Origin: Scyliorhinus canicula
Taxonomy: Eukaryota
Assembly: GCF_902713615.1 (NCBI RefSeq)
Contig: NC_052148.1
Location: 252,150,690-252,214,689 of the forward strand
Length of the DNA stretch: 64,000 nucleotides
Reading direction: 5' to 3'
The notes under the pieces: model-generated
Databases searched by the model: none
Seen by the model: only the letters and a program-made list of their open reading frames with translations
What the model was told of the DNA's origin: nothing
Part shown: piece after piece, positions 23,294 to 36,026 of the stretch
Layout of the letters: every line of letters starts with the position of its first letter
Position numbering within the stretch: position 1 is the stretch's first letter
Made by a program: the position numbers and the translations under genes

Positions 23294-25490
23294 TGTTATG
23301 GCGGCCACGGAGGACACGGCGGGGTTGTCAATAGATCTCCCCATGGGCTTCGCGGAATACGAATTCCCCTATTGGGCGGGTGGAGGCTCGCTTGGTGGGA
23401 GTTCAAAACTCGCAGCTGGCATCTCCGTAGGTCCCCGGGCTGGGACGTAAATGTTGTATGTCATGGCAATGGCCCTTTTTGTTACTTTAATAAAGGGAGA
23501 TATTGCTAGAAGACTGGTCCTGACAAAGTTACTACTTTGGCGACGAGGAGTAAAAACAAGTTTTTCTGAGCAACCTTCCGAGTTGAATTTGTGTAGCTTC
23601 TCTGGTAAGAAACGAAAATGCCTCTGATAAACTTGAACCGTATTAACGGAAAAGACTGGCCTGATACATGGAGCGCATATGTTACTTCTTCTGGGCTAAT
23701 AACTTGGTAGAACTTGGAAGCAAAGAAGTGATTCTGCTGACAGCATGCGGGGCCCCGACATTTAGCGTATAAAAAAGGCTGACCTAACCAAATGCTGCTG
23801 AATTCAAAATGTTTCATGAGCTCGTAGACTTAGTGTGAAATCACTATAACTCGAAGCCCTCTATAATCCTCCAGGGATATCACTTTAATACAGTGGGGGA
23901 GGACCCCTTGCAAACCCATCATTGAATTTGTAACCAGGTTGCGGAAACTGGCAGCACACTGTGAATTCGGCCCGTCCCTGGCTGAGATGTTGCGAGACAG
24001 ATTGATATGCGGAATAAACAATGTTACAACTCAAAGGAAAGTTACTGGCAGAGCCAAAACTGGTCTGATGAAAAAGCCATTGAGATAGCCCTATCTCTGG
24101 AGAATGCAGAAAAAGGGGCTCAGGCGCTACACGGGGCACCTGACCGCAATGTCATCCAGTTAGGATGAGAGGCCTCGAGTTACAGTGTCCATTCCTCAGT
24201 TGAAGGCGCCTGTATGAATCACCCATCATCAAATCGGAGCTCAGTTGGTGTGCCCGAGCCCTCTCGGAAATTTCATGACAATCCTCAGGATGCTGGGGAA
24301 CCCGCTCAGGAAGTTTCCAAATGTCAGACGAGGGACTATTGTAAATACTATAAAAGCATTGCTGCTGTCTCCATGATTGGAGAGCAGACATTTGATCATC
24401 TCCAAACGTATCCGATCCTTGAGTTTGGAAGACACTAGAGCCAGATAAGCCACCTGCAAGGGGAAACCTTTGTGGATTGTTTGTGGGTACAAGATTGTTT
24501 GTGGATGGTTTGTGGATGAAGGGGAGGCAGTGACGTAGTGGTATTGTCAATGGAAAAGTAATCCAGAGACCCAGAGTAATGCTCCTGGGACCTGGGTTTG
24601 AATCCCACCTGGGCAGTTGGTGGGATTTGAATTCAATAAAGATCTGGAATTAAAAATCTAATGATGACCATAAAACCATTGCTGTAAAAACCCATCTCAT
24701 TCACTTATGTCCTTTAGGGAAGGGAATCTGTCATCCTTACCTGGTCTGGTCTACATGTGACCGGTCCGGACCCATAGCAATGTGGTTGACTCTTAACTGC
24801 CCTCAGGGATGGGCAATAAATACTGGCCCAGCCAGCGACACCCACATCCCATGAAGGGAAAAAAAAATTAAGGGTACTACAGTGACCCGGTGACCTACAG
24901 TCAGTAGTCAGCCTGACATCCACTCATCATTGTGGGAGGACAGGGACTAAATCTTATGGGGAGAGATTGGCTTCAGTGGATCAGGCTGGATTGGCTGGAG
25001 ATATTCAGACTGGGTGTTGGTGGACTGTATGAAGTGGACTGTATGAAGTTATCAGCAAATACCCTGAAGTCTTCCAAGAGGGCCTTGGGAAAATAAGAGG
25101 AGCTAGAACCAAAATCTGTGTCGACCCCGATGCTATCCCTAAATATTTCAGAGCAAGATCGGTTCCATATTCTCTGTTGGAGAAGGTGGAGGCCAAGCTT
25201 GGACGCCTGGAAAATCTAGATATAATAAGACCCGTGCAATTCACAGAGTGGATGGTGCCTGTTGTCCCCATCCTTATGCTGAACAAATTGGTCCTCCTTT
25301 ATGGGGATTATAAGCTTGCGGTCAATCAGGTTTCCAAATTGGATAGGTACCCCATGCCAGGAGTAGAAGACCTATATGCCAAATTAGCATGTGTTCAGAT
25401 ATTCAGTAAGTTAGATATGAGCCACGTCCATCTTCCCCTCAAATTAGACTAGCCTTCCCGCAAATACATCATGATCAACCCGCATAAGGG
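23294..25490 (+). mobile_element. Decayed Mag-like Gypsy element: 5' LTR (about 23294-23536), tRNA-Ser PBS, gag relic (about 23618-24140), PR/RT relic (about 24900-25490)
   Basis: TGTTATG start; AATAAA; PBS TGGCGACGAGGA (23538-23549); MLRDRLICGIN; LMGRDWL; PVVPIL...GDYKLAVN...YPMP...FSKLD. Confidence 0.85.
24524..24868 (+). mobile_element. tRNA-derived SINE whose 3' tail matches the CR1-group LINE at 37190-38545
   Basis: A-box and GGGTTTGAATCCC B-box; ends agggatgggcaataaat...cccacatccc plus A-rich tail. Confidence 0.75.
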
Positions 25491-25870
25491 TTTTTATTTA
25501 TTTTTTTAGAAATGTTTTTTATTGGGTTTTCGAACATAGTATATTTACAGCTGTACACAAAAAAAGAAAAAAATACAAAAGAAAAACAAAGTGAGAAGAT
25601 AGTACAAACAAGTTAAAACTAACAACACTTTATAGTTAGCAAAATCACGTAACTAGTGAGTAAAGAAAAAACAAGGTGTGGGGGTAAGAAAACTGGGGAA
25701 GTGTATATACATCGAGGTACTGGAGAGACATTCACAGTATACCTTTATACAAATCTTATGGGTTCTTCCATTTTTACATATATCTTTTCTTTCCCCCCAA
25801 CACAAAGAGAGTACATACTGCACCGGTAATACGAAAATAGATCAAAGGGAGATATCGCTATAAGACTGAC
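25490..25870 (-). mobile_element. Probable L1/Tx1 3' UTR fragment truncating the Mag element
   Basis: T-rich tail with TTTATTG (AATAAA on minus) at the junction. Confidence 0.45.
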
Positions 25871-25979
25871 CTTGGGAAAGTTATTACAATCACCAACTTT
25901 ATCCTAATAAACTGCTTGTACAATAAGCAAGGGCAGATTATAAAACCAGCAGGTTTCCAGCACTTTAGCTAAAACGGAG

Positions 25980-26265
25980 ATTGCATTTCTGATGCATCTT
26001 TCATATCACCAAGTACTTCACAGTAAAGAGTTCCTTTCATGTACAGGCACTGTTGGTGTGCAGACAGACATTGGCCCAATTAATGCACAGCAGAGTCTCA
26101 TAAACAGCAAAGGAAATCAGTGACCATTTAATCTGTGTTTGATGATTGTGGTTGAAATATTGGCCAAAATAACAGGAGAATTCCCAGCTCTTTGAATTAT
26201 GTCTTTGAACTGCTAACATCTACTTAAGGAAGCAGATGGGACATTAGTTTAATGCCGCCTTTGAT
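25980..26265 (-). mobile_element. Old DeuSINE (SacSINE/AmnSINE-like) fragment
   Basis: aatattggcc...ggagaattccc...gcagatggg...gtttaa resembles the reversed Deu domain. Confidence 0.5.
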
Positions 26266-26689
26266 GCACAAGTGATGGGATGTAGAGTTATCATTGTGAT
26301 TGGCACAGCATGACGGTGGCAATGCAGTCTACTAATGTGGAACTTGGATATCAGGGAGATTCTGTAATCCATCAGGAATGTCGCACTCACAGGGATTGTG
26401 GCTCAGAGAGTAAACAAGCAATATCTCCAAATTCAGTGACCAGTATTCTTTGCAATTCCGGCGCTCCGCTGCAAGTGGCTGATCACCGAATTACTACCAA
26501 TCATTGCTGGCAGAGTGGATTGGTTCATAGAGGTCTCCGTGCATCGTTATTTAACTTCTGCTGTTTTGTCCATTTGCTATTCTGTGGTCTGAATGTTTAT
26601 ACTGACCTTTGTTGGTTCTCTAAAATTCCTGGACACAAACTAAGCGTGGAATTCCCCCAATACCCTGCCAGCGAGTTCAATGGTGCACA

Positions 26690-26716
26690 GTGTGTGTGTG
26701 TGTGTGTGTGTGTGTG
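26690..26716. repeat. (GT)n microsatellite
   Basis: Direct observation. Confidence 0.95.
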
Positions 26717-27449
26717 GGAGGGGTGCAGATTTCCGTGGGAGGCCCAAAAATTACTTTTACACCAGTGTGAATTTACAGCGGGATCTTCTGCTGGTGCTCG
26801 TCATGGCGAATCAGGAAACCCGCTTGACGCTGGTGTGAAACTCCTTTTCATGCTGCTAATGATATGCAGATGAAGGTCTGACCACCTCCCTCGATTCTCC
26901 ACGGCACCAGCGGAAAAACACGCAGGTGCAAAACAAGACTGGAACAACGGTGAGTGCAGATGTCGGGATTCACCTGATCATTGTCTGAGGGCTGCCTCCA
27001 AATTTCAGGCTGGAGGCCACCAGCAATCCTGAACCACGGAACACCACAGCTGTGGGTGGGGGGAACAGCTACAGGTGGATCTTCCAAATTTGGTGTTTTG
27101 GAGGAGGTCTATCTTCCAGTCTCTGAGTCTTCCCGGATATTCAACTTCATTTTCAGGAGGTCCACCTTCTTCAACAGTGGGTCAGTGATGTTGGGTGCCT
27201 TTTCAATATTGCACCTGGATAGGACAGTGGACTATGAACCATCGGGCCTGTCCTGCTGCGGAAAATGATGCAAACCCCCAGTTGCACAATTAATAAAGTT
27301 GGGGCCAGAAGATTTGGTGTGTTTTCCGTCCAGCTCCCGCAGCGGGAAATTCCACGTTCCTGCCCCCAAGACGGGGCTTAGTCCCCGGTTGGGGGAAATG
27401 CGCCTTAAATCTCTACAGGCGGCAGCAGAGTTGTGTTTTTTTGAAGTGA

Positions 27450-27773
27450 GTAATGAATATATCTTGGACAAGTCCACAACCAATGAAGAGGTAAAATCTG
27501 AAACGAAAAACCCTGCTGGCCAAGATCAGGAAGAGATAGCTGGAATTTCCTGAGCATTAATAAGAAATCATGATATACAAAGTCTGATGCTGATGGGAAA
27601 GATCAATGGTAAAAGAGATTGTGGTTGGCAAAGAATGGTCTTTCTAAAGAGTCTCACAAATTGGATGAATGTACTTCCAATGACGATGATCTGTGCCTCT
27701 ATACAAGGATTGACGTGGAGTTCCATGGCTGCCATTGCCGTCTTAGGCATAGTACCTGAAGAGAGAGAGAGAG
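27450..27773 (+). mobile_element. Old RTE LINE 3' end
   Basis: LMLMGKINGKRDCGWQRMVFL...WSSM resembles the RTE C-terminal GKxxGKRxRGRxR motif; (GA)n tail. Confidence 0.65.
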
Positions 27774-28134
27774 GTGGATACAATGCTGAGTCAAGCACGG
27801 AATTCAGTGGCAATTAGATGAACACAATGTCCGTGACCTAGTAGCTGCGCTAGTTAGGCATGCAAATTCTGTAATGGCCTCTAAATCTCGTGAGAGGGCC
27901 AAAATGGAATTTGTCCCGGCAAGAACTTGGTTTGAAATCTTCCTCACCACTACGCCGGTGACATTGTCAACCTGATTTCCATACATTTCAATAAGTTAAC
28001 ATGTACTTACCGGGCTCCACGCTGTAACATCCGCCCTCGCCTTATCCTCCCACTTAGTTGGTGTGGTGTCACACCAGTGTGAATCACTAATGGCTTCCAA
28101 AAATGAAAACCAGTCGCGGTGATCACGCTGAGGG

Positions 28135-28312
28135 CACGGATGTACGTATAGCCCCACGGAGGGACATATAGCCCCACGGATGTACGTATAGCCCCACGGA
28201 TGCACGTATAGCCCCACGGAGGGACATATAGCCCCACGGATGTACGTATAGCCCCACGGAGGGACGTATAGCCCCACGGATGTACGTATAGCCCCACGGA
28301 GGGATGTATAGT
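28135..28312. repeat. 20-bp minisatellite, about 9 copies, two variant units
   Basis: CACGGATGTACGTATAGCCC and CACGGAGGGACATATAGCCC. Confidence 0.95.
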
Positions 28313-29049
28313 GTGAGACATGGCTGAGCAGCATCCTGACACTGCCAACCTGGCACTGCCAACTTGGCACCAGATTGGCAGTCAGGAGGGGCGGACACTC
28401 TGAGTCACCCCATTGTGGGGGGGGGGGGGGGGTTCCCCTTATATGAGGTGGTGGGAGGGAGAGGAAAGAGTCCCAGTGCCTGTGAAGGGGGTGGAGCGGG
28501 GAGAGCCCAGATACCTGCGAGAGGGGTGGGGGGAGAGGGGCGGGCCTTGATGCCTGTGAGGAGGGGGAATAGAGGGGAGAGTCCCAATGCCTGGGAGGAG
28601 TGGGGGGAGGAGCGGAGAGTTCCCCGATGGTGGCTTTGTGGTGGGGAAGTTCCCTGATGTTGGCACTTGTGGTGGTGGTGGTGGTGTGGGGCGGGGGGGG
28701 GGGGGGGGGGGGGGGGGGCTGCGGGGAGTGCCCAGATGTTGGGGTTGTGGTGGGGGGGGGAGTTTGGGGTGGAGGTGGGTATTTTATTTAAGTTGAAGAT
28801 TGAGTTGCCCTTTAAAAACACCACCCCAGTCTAGGGAGTCCTGGTCTTGCTGCTGTTTTTAGGCCCAGTTCCTCCAACTGACCGTGTGGATGTCGGTCCC
28901 CCATTTAAAATCCACAGCGCGTTGTTCAATACTGTATGAAGAGACATGACGACTGGGCTGTCTGTCAGCTTCACACTGCATTTGACCACCTGAGCCAACA
29001 CTGTGCATTTTTGGGAAGACTCTGCCCTGACAGATGAATAATATTACAG

Positions 29050-29720
29050 GGTACAGAGAAAGAGCAGTAAATTGGAATGAGTAGATCGCTAAAACAGATT
29101 TGATAGAACGAATGACCTTCTTCAATACTGAATTTTTAAATGATCTTTGGAGTAGTTGTGGTGGAACTCTCCACATGTTGTTTGAAGCATCCTTCCCATG
29201 TTTGAAAAATTGAAGATCAAAAGACTTCCAAATCAATTCTTGGAACAGAACAGTTTCTAAGCATTCTTCCAAAATGCAATTGTAAGATTCATCCATTCAT
29301 AAGAGGGTAATAATTGAGCAGTGCTATGGCTTGATCCCTATCCGTGATATAAATTCAGCAAGCTCTAGGGAAATTAACAGAGATCCATTATCTGAATCCC
29401 ATTCATAAGGATTTCCCTGCCTTTTGAAAACAGGGGAGGAAAACTTGATGAAATTATTCATGTCTTGTGCGAAACTAGACAACTCCAGGCTGTTTACCAT
29501 GAGCATTGTCAAAGTTCAGTGGTCCCACTGTATCAATATCTGTGTTTTGCGATGAGTCTTTTGGCATAGGAACGATGAAGTACTGGAGTCACAACCACCC
29601 AGTTACTCGGTACGCCTATCGGTAACAAGTCAAGTTTGTTGAGTAACCATTCCTACGAAAGGATCAAAGATCACTAAGACTTTGCCTCTCCCTGTGATAT
29701 CTCTATGAAGAGTTACAGAC
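29050..29720 (-). pseudogene. Highly decayed Gypsy integrase relic
   Basis: IKFSSPVFKRQGNPYEWDSDNGSLLISLELAEFISRIGIK ... ESYNCILEECL resembles the rve core (SDNG ... ERxN). Confidence 0.7.
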
Positions 29721-30270
29721 AAGATCAAATGATGAAAATCATGGAATTACACAGTTCAAAAGGAAGCCATTCAGCCTATCTTTTTTGTACCAGCTTTTTA
29801 AAAGAGCCATTCAATTAATCAGGGTAATCGGCGGAAGACAGATTTCAACAGTATAAGACCGGATCTGGCCAAAGTGAACTGGGAGCAATCACTTATAGGA
29901 AGATCCACAACAGAGCCGTGGGAGTCATTTGAAAAGGAAATAGAGAGAGTACAATGACAACATGTTCCTGTGACGATAAATGGTGGGACCAACAAGTCCA
30001 GAGAACCCTGGATGTCAAAGGTATACAGAATTGGATAATGAAAAAAAAGGAGTCTTATGGCAGATTTAGGGGGCTCAAAACAGTGGATGCTCTTGAGGAA
30101 AATAATAAGTGCAGGGGTTGCCTTCATCGGTCAGGGTATTGAGTATAATATTTAACAAGTCAGGTAGCAGCGGTACAGAACCTTAGTTTGGCCACACTTG
30201 GAATATAGTGTTCAATTCTGGTCGCTGCACTAGAGGCTTTGGAGAGGGTACAGAAGACGTTTACCAGGAT

Positions 30271-31026
30271 TGTCGTGTTAAGCACACTGAGATAACACGG
30301 GCTGCAACTGGATGCAGCTTTAACTGAAAGATACTCCAGACCTTGAAGTTAGTTCGATTTGATTTATTGAACCTGTCACACAGTTAGCACAGTTCTCTGT
30401 GAGTTCGACTCTCTGCTAACCTAAGTGGGCAGCACGGTAGCATTGTGGATAGCACAATCGCTTCACAGCTCCAGGGTCCCAGGTTCGATTCCGGCTTGGG
30501 TCACTGTCTGTGCGGAGTCTGCACATCCTCCCTGTGTGTGCGTGGGTTTCCTCCGGGTGCTCCGGTTTCCTCCCACAGTCCAATGATGTGCAGGTTAGGT
30601 GGATTGGCCATGATAAATTGCCCTTAGTGTCCAAAATTGCCCTTAGTGTTGGGTGGGGTTAGTGAGTTATGGGGATAGGGTGGAGGTGTGGACTTGGGTA
30701 GGGTGCTCTTTCCAAGAGCCGGTGCAGACACGATGGGCTGAATGGCCTCCTTCTGCACTCTAAATTCTATGATCTAAGTGTGGTTACTCTCTCTGACTGA
30801 ACCAGACTAGCTCTTAGCCACGTGCTGTAGGTGTTATGTGATATATGCACCCTGACTCACTCTGTAGATGTCCCCAGTGGAAAGAAGCGGAGTGTGAGTG
30901 CCTCGTGCCTTTTATAGTGGGAAACCACCCCCAAGTGTCCTGCCTGCTGATCGATTAAGTCCTGTTCTCTGTGTTCATTAGCTGCCTGTCTTTATCTCAT
31001 TATGTGCATGTCTGCATATCATGACA
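30271..31026 (-). mobile_element. Solo LTR (family of 16815-17186) containing a SINE
   Basis: TGTC...TGACA termini; perfect TSD AGGAT. Confidence 0.9.
30428..30773 (+). mobile_element. HE1-like SINE inside the solo LTR
   Basis: Full tRNA head, V-type core and CR1 tail; TSD CTAAGTG. Confidence 0.92.
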
Positions 31027-32430
31027 AGGATGTTGCCTGGACTGGAAGGTATTAGCTATGAGAAGAGGTTGGATAAACTCGGATTGTTTTCACTGGAACA
31101 ATGGAGGTTGAGGGGCGACCTGACAGAGGTTTACAAAATTGTGAGTAGCATGGACAGAGTGGATAGTCAGATGTTCTTTCCCAGGGTGGAAAAGTCGATT
31201 TTTAGGGGACATAGGTTTAATGTCCATGGGGCAAAGTTTAGAGGAGATGTGCGAGGTAAGTTTTTTACAGAGGGTGTGAGTGCCTGGAACTCGGTGCCAG
31301 GGGAGGTGGTGGAAGCAGGTACGATAGTGACATTTAAGTGGCATCTTGACGAATACATGAATAGGATGGGAATAGAGGGATACAGACCCCGTAAGTGTAG
31401 ACGGTTTTAGTTGTGACAGGCATTATGATCGGCGCAGACTTGGAGGGCCGAAGGGTCTGATCCTGTGCTGTATCTTTGTACCTAAAAAATAAATTAGGAG
31501 AGGAAAGAGGGGGCATGAAAAAACACTGGCGGGCAAAATAAAGGAAAATCCCACGGAGTTTTATAAGCCCCTCTCTTGGGCAGTCCTTCAGGGTCGAGGG
31601 TGACTTGTTTCTGCTCTGTGGAGGTGGGTTCTGCAGTGGCTGAACAGTCTGATCCTGGATCCGCAGATTCTGCTGCAGGTTTGGCAGGTGGTGCTTGATG
31701 ATGTGGGTGTGCGGGACGCTCTGGATTCTGTGCTCTGTTTCCATTGTTTATGCTAAGCCGCCGTGTGCTCCACCCTGTGAAGCTCCAGGTAATTCACACC
31801 TTCGTGGATGCTTTTTCTCCAGTTGATGGGTTTTAAGGCAAGTGATTCCCACGTGTTGATGCGGATGTTGCCCTCCTCGTGATCGCTTGCCATTATGGAG
31901 CTCAGAGTAGAGCACTTGTTTTGGGAGTCTTGTGTCGGGCATGCGGGCAATGTGGCCCACCCATCGCAGCTGGGGATATTGGCCTGGGAGAGGACGCTCA
32001 TGTTGGTATGCCTATCCTGCCAGTGAATTTGCAGGGTCTTGCGGAGACAGCATTGGTGATCTCTCTCCAAGGATCTGAATTGTCTGCTGTACATTGTCTA
32101 TGTTTCTGATGCATACAGGAGGGCGGGGACCACGGCTGCTCTGTACAGCATGAGCTTGGTGCTGGGTTTGAGGTCTCGCTCTTCGACCACTCCGTTCCTC
32201 AAGTGTCCGAAGACTGCACTGGTGCATCGGAGTCGATGTTGGATTTCATCATCAATTTCTGCTCGCACCGAGGGGAGGCTCCCAAGGTATGGGAAATTAT
32301 CCACATTGCTCAAGGGCTCAAGGTGGACTGTTTTGTGTGGCAGAAGTGGGCACGAGAGAACCTTTGTTTCCTGGATGTTTAGCCTGAGGCCCGTTCTCTC
32401 ATGTGCCTCGGTGAATGCGCCGACGATAGT

Positions 32431-32770
32431 TTAGAACATAGAACATAGAACAGTACAACACAGAACAGGCCCTTCGGCCCTCGATGTTGTGCCGAGCAAT
32501 GATCACCCTACTTAAACCCACGTAACCCGTATACCCGTAACCCAACAATCCCCCCCATTATCCTTACACTACGGACAATTTAGCATGGCCAATCCACCTA
32601 ACCTGCACATCTTTGGACTGTGGGAGGAAACCGGAACACCCGGAGGAAACCCACGCACACACGGGGAGGACGTGCAGACTCCACACAGACAGTGACCCAG
32701 CCGGGAATCGAACCTGGGACCCTGGAGCTGTGAAGCATTGATGCTAACCGCCATGCTACCGTGAGGCCCC
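32431..32770 (-). mobile_element. HE1-like SINE within the RTE
   Basis: (TAGAACA)n tail, V core, tRNA head. Confidence 0.9.
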
Positions 32771-32851
32771 TGAGTTTGTAGCTCAGCCTCTGAATGTGCG
32801 CACACGCAGGCGGTGTCTGCGTACTGCAGCTCAATGACAAGAGGTTGGGGT

Positions 32852-34916
32852 TGATGTGTTAGGCAGGATGGTTCGATGTGGACTGCACTCGATGCAGGGA
32901 AGTTAGAAACAGACGTCTAATACTGGAGAAGATCCAACACTGTTTTATTCAACTATAGAACTGCTATACATATTCAGCTGAGGGTCGACACTATACTGAT
33001 CTGACTGGTGACCTTGTAGTAGCCTGACCAGACTTACTAGCTACCGCATGGTGTTTGCACTTGCTAGCTCGTGGACTCTGACTGTCTCAGTAGCTGGGTC
33101 CTGAGAGAACGGGAAACCTAGTGCCCTCTGGCTTTATAGTGGTAGTGGTCTGTCTGGTGATTGGCTGTATTGTGTTGTATGCTTACTGGTCAGCCTATGT
33201 GTCAATCACTGCCTGTCTGCATCTCATTAGCTACATGAGTGGATATTATGACATCTCCCCTTTTTTTTTAGTTAAATAAATACTGAGGTATGTATATGTA
33301 TATATATATGACGATATGCAAGCGGTGCTTGAACAAACATATAGACATGGGAAGGTGTCGATAGTGCAGATACATGGCAAATGAAGCAATATTTACAAAG
33401 GTTAAATAGATGAATTCAGTCACAAAATTTACAAAAGTTCAGTCTACAGATTCAGTCTTTGTGGTGGGCGATGAATTCTTGTCGATCGCCCCAGAGGTGG
33501 ATCAGGAGCCGCCTGCACGTGGATAGATGGGATCGCCGGCTGCTGAGCGGTGGAGCGGATTTGTAAAGGGCTGCGCAGTGGCTAAGCTTGCCACACTGGA
33601 GACATCGGCATCCTTTTGCCGGACATTGCCACTTTAAGTGGGCGGAGCCACAATTCGGACACGCATGACGCTGATGTCAGTGCGTTCCGTGCGCCATCGC
33701 GCATGCACAGTGCGATCGGTCGACGTACGCACCTGCGCAGTGGGGTTGTCGGTCTCGTCGTCCACTTGGTCGTGGCGCGCATGCGCAGGGATCTGGGAAA
33801 AGCGCGCAAAATGGCCACTCTCCTCGATGCTCAGGGCCTGCATCTGTGCGATGGCCTGCACCCTTTCCGCCTCGTGGGAGGCCAGCTTTGCAGTTTCTGC
33901 CGCCCTGATGTGGGAGTAACGATTCTTGGCATGTTCATGGACAATACACATCTCAATAGCGACAGAGAGGGTCAACTGTTTGATTTTAAGGAGCTGCTGC
34001 CGCAGGGAGTCGAAGTGGACCCCGAAAACGATCTGATCTCGGATCATGGAATCAGCCGTTGAGTCATAGTTACATGACTGTGCTAGGATGCGGAGATGGG
34101 TCAAGAAGGAGTGAAAAGGTACATCCTTACCCTGAAGCCTCTGCTGGAAGATGTACCGTTCAAAGCTCTCATTCACCTCAATGTCGCAGTGGCTGTCGAA
34201 CTTCAACAGGACTGTTTTGAATTTTGTTTTGTCTTCGCCGTCGGCAAATGTAAGGGAGTTGTAGATATAGATGGCGTCATTCCCCGCAGTGGAATCCTGG
34301 CATTCTTCCTGGCATCCGATGCTGCCTCGAGGTCGGAGGCCTCGATGTACAAGAGGAACTTTTGCTTGAAGATTTTCCAGTTGGTGCCGAGGTTGCCGGA
34401 GATGCGGAGTTGCGGAGGAGGTTGGATGTTTTCCATTTCGCTGGATGGCTGCTTGCTGGTCAATGCTGATTCACTCGAGGTAGGTCCGTCAAGATCAAGA
34501 ACACTCTAGTACCATGATGTGTTAGGCAGGATGGTTCGATGTGGACTGCACTCGATGCAGGGAAGTTAGAAACAGATGTCTAACACTGGAGAAGATCCAA
34601 CACTGTTTTATTCAACCATCGAACTGCTATACATATTCAGCTGTGGATCGACACTATACTGATCTGACTGGTGACCTTCTAGTAGCCTGACCAGACTTAC
34701 TCGCCACCGCATGGTGTTTGCACTTGCTAGCTCGTGGACTCTGACTGTCTCAGTAGCTGGGTCCTGAGAGAGCGGGAAACCTAGTGCCTTCTGGCTTTAT
34801 AGTGGTAGTGTCCTGTCTGGTGATTGGCTGTACTGTGTTGTATGCTTACTGGCCATCCTATGTGTCAATCACTGCCTGTCTGCATCTCATTATATACATG
34901 AGTGGATATTATGACA
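32852..34916 (-). mobile_element. Internally deleted gag-only Gypsy (Mag-like) element; LTRs 32852-33253 and 34515-34916
   Basis: Two similar 402-bp LTRs; TSD GGGGT; PBS TGGTACTAGAGTG (tRNA-Leu-like); PPT A8GGGGAGA. Confidence 0.93.
33585..34436 (-). pseudogene. gag: Gypsy gag (frameshifted)
   Basis: MENIQPPPQLRISGNLGTNWKIFKQKF...; FERYIFQQRLQ...SMIRDQIVFGV. Confidence 0.85.
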
Positions 34917-35702
34917 GGGGTGGTCTTGATTTTGGCCGGAGGCATCTGATGTTTTCCGCCTGTCCGGCAGTTTAGCTCTATTCCATCGGTGATGGGGTGG
35001 AGTGTTGTTGCAAGGAAGATGGTAACGAGCATTGGTACGATGACACAGCCCGATCTGACCCCAGTTTGCACACGTATTTGGTCTGTGGTGGTTCTGTTGG
35101 TGAGGATTACGACTTGCTTGTCATCATGGAGCAGGTGCAGAATGGTGCCGAATTTCTGCAAGCAGGTGAATTTGAGGAGAATGTTCCACAGTCCCTCGTG
35201 GTTGACAGATCGAAGAAGACCATTTTCAGAGGTTGATGCTGCTCCCTGCACTTTTCCTGGATTTGTCGCAAGCAATGTCCATTGAGCCTCTTGATGGGCG
35301 GAAGCCACACTGAGACTCAGGGAGGAGCAATTCAGCCACTGGGAGGAGGCGGTTGAGTATTCTCGTGGTGACCTTTCCTGTGGCGAAGAGTTGGGCAATC
35401 TCTCTGTAATTTACGCAGTCACACCTTTTTTTTTTCTGGAAGATGGTCACAATTCAGACAGCTCTGAGACCATCCTGCATGCTCTCTTCCTTCCAAACAA
35501 GCGTATTGAGGATATGGATTCTTGTCAAGAGTGCATCTCCACCGCATTTTGGTACTTCTGCGGGGATTCCATCTGCAGCAGAGGCCTTGTTGTTCTGCAG
35601 CTGTTGGATGTTTTCTTTCGATCTCACGGCGAGCTGGGGTTGCGCTGAGATGGTGGTGGGTAGCGTGTTGAGGGATGGTGTCAAGGATGCTTGCCCCATA
35701 TA

Positions 35703-36026
35703 ATCATAGAATTTACAGTGCAGAAGCAGGCCATTTGGCCCATCGAACCTGCACCAGCTCTTGGAAAGAGCACCCTACTTAAACCCACACCTCCACCCTA
35801 TCCCAGTAACTTAACCTAACCTTTTTGGACACTAAGGGCAATTTAGCATGGCCAATCCACCTAACCTGCACATCTTTGGACTGTGGGAGGAAACCGACGC
35901 ACCCGGAGGAAACCCACGGGGAGAACGTGCAGGCTCCGCACAAGACAGTGACCGAAGCCAGAAATCAAACCTGGGACCCTGGAGCTCTGAAGCAACTGTG
36001 CTAACCACTGTGCTACCGTGCTGCCC
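35703..36026 (-). mobile_element. HE1-like SINE within the RTE
   Basis: Same structure as 45468-45803. Confidence 0.9.

Larger units (their letters stand above)
29820..31480 (+). mobile_element. Internally deleted CR1 LINE split by a solo LTR
   Basis: LERVQKTFTR | RMLPGLEGISYEKRLDKLGLFSLE is continuous across the insert. Confidence 0.9.

Noticed and set aside
26310-26873. 187-aa ORF as a host exon
   Set aside because: Crosses a (GT)n microsatellite and a MITE-like boundary; no recognisable domain
28135-28312. Possible CRISPR-like array
   Set aside because: Contiguous tandem units with no unique spacers, no cas genes, eukaryotic context
30428-30500. tRNA genes at A/B-box motifs
   Set aside because: All continue into SINE cores and tails; none forms a complete cloverleaf that I can verify
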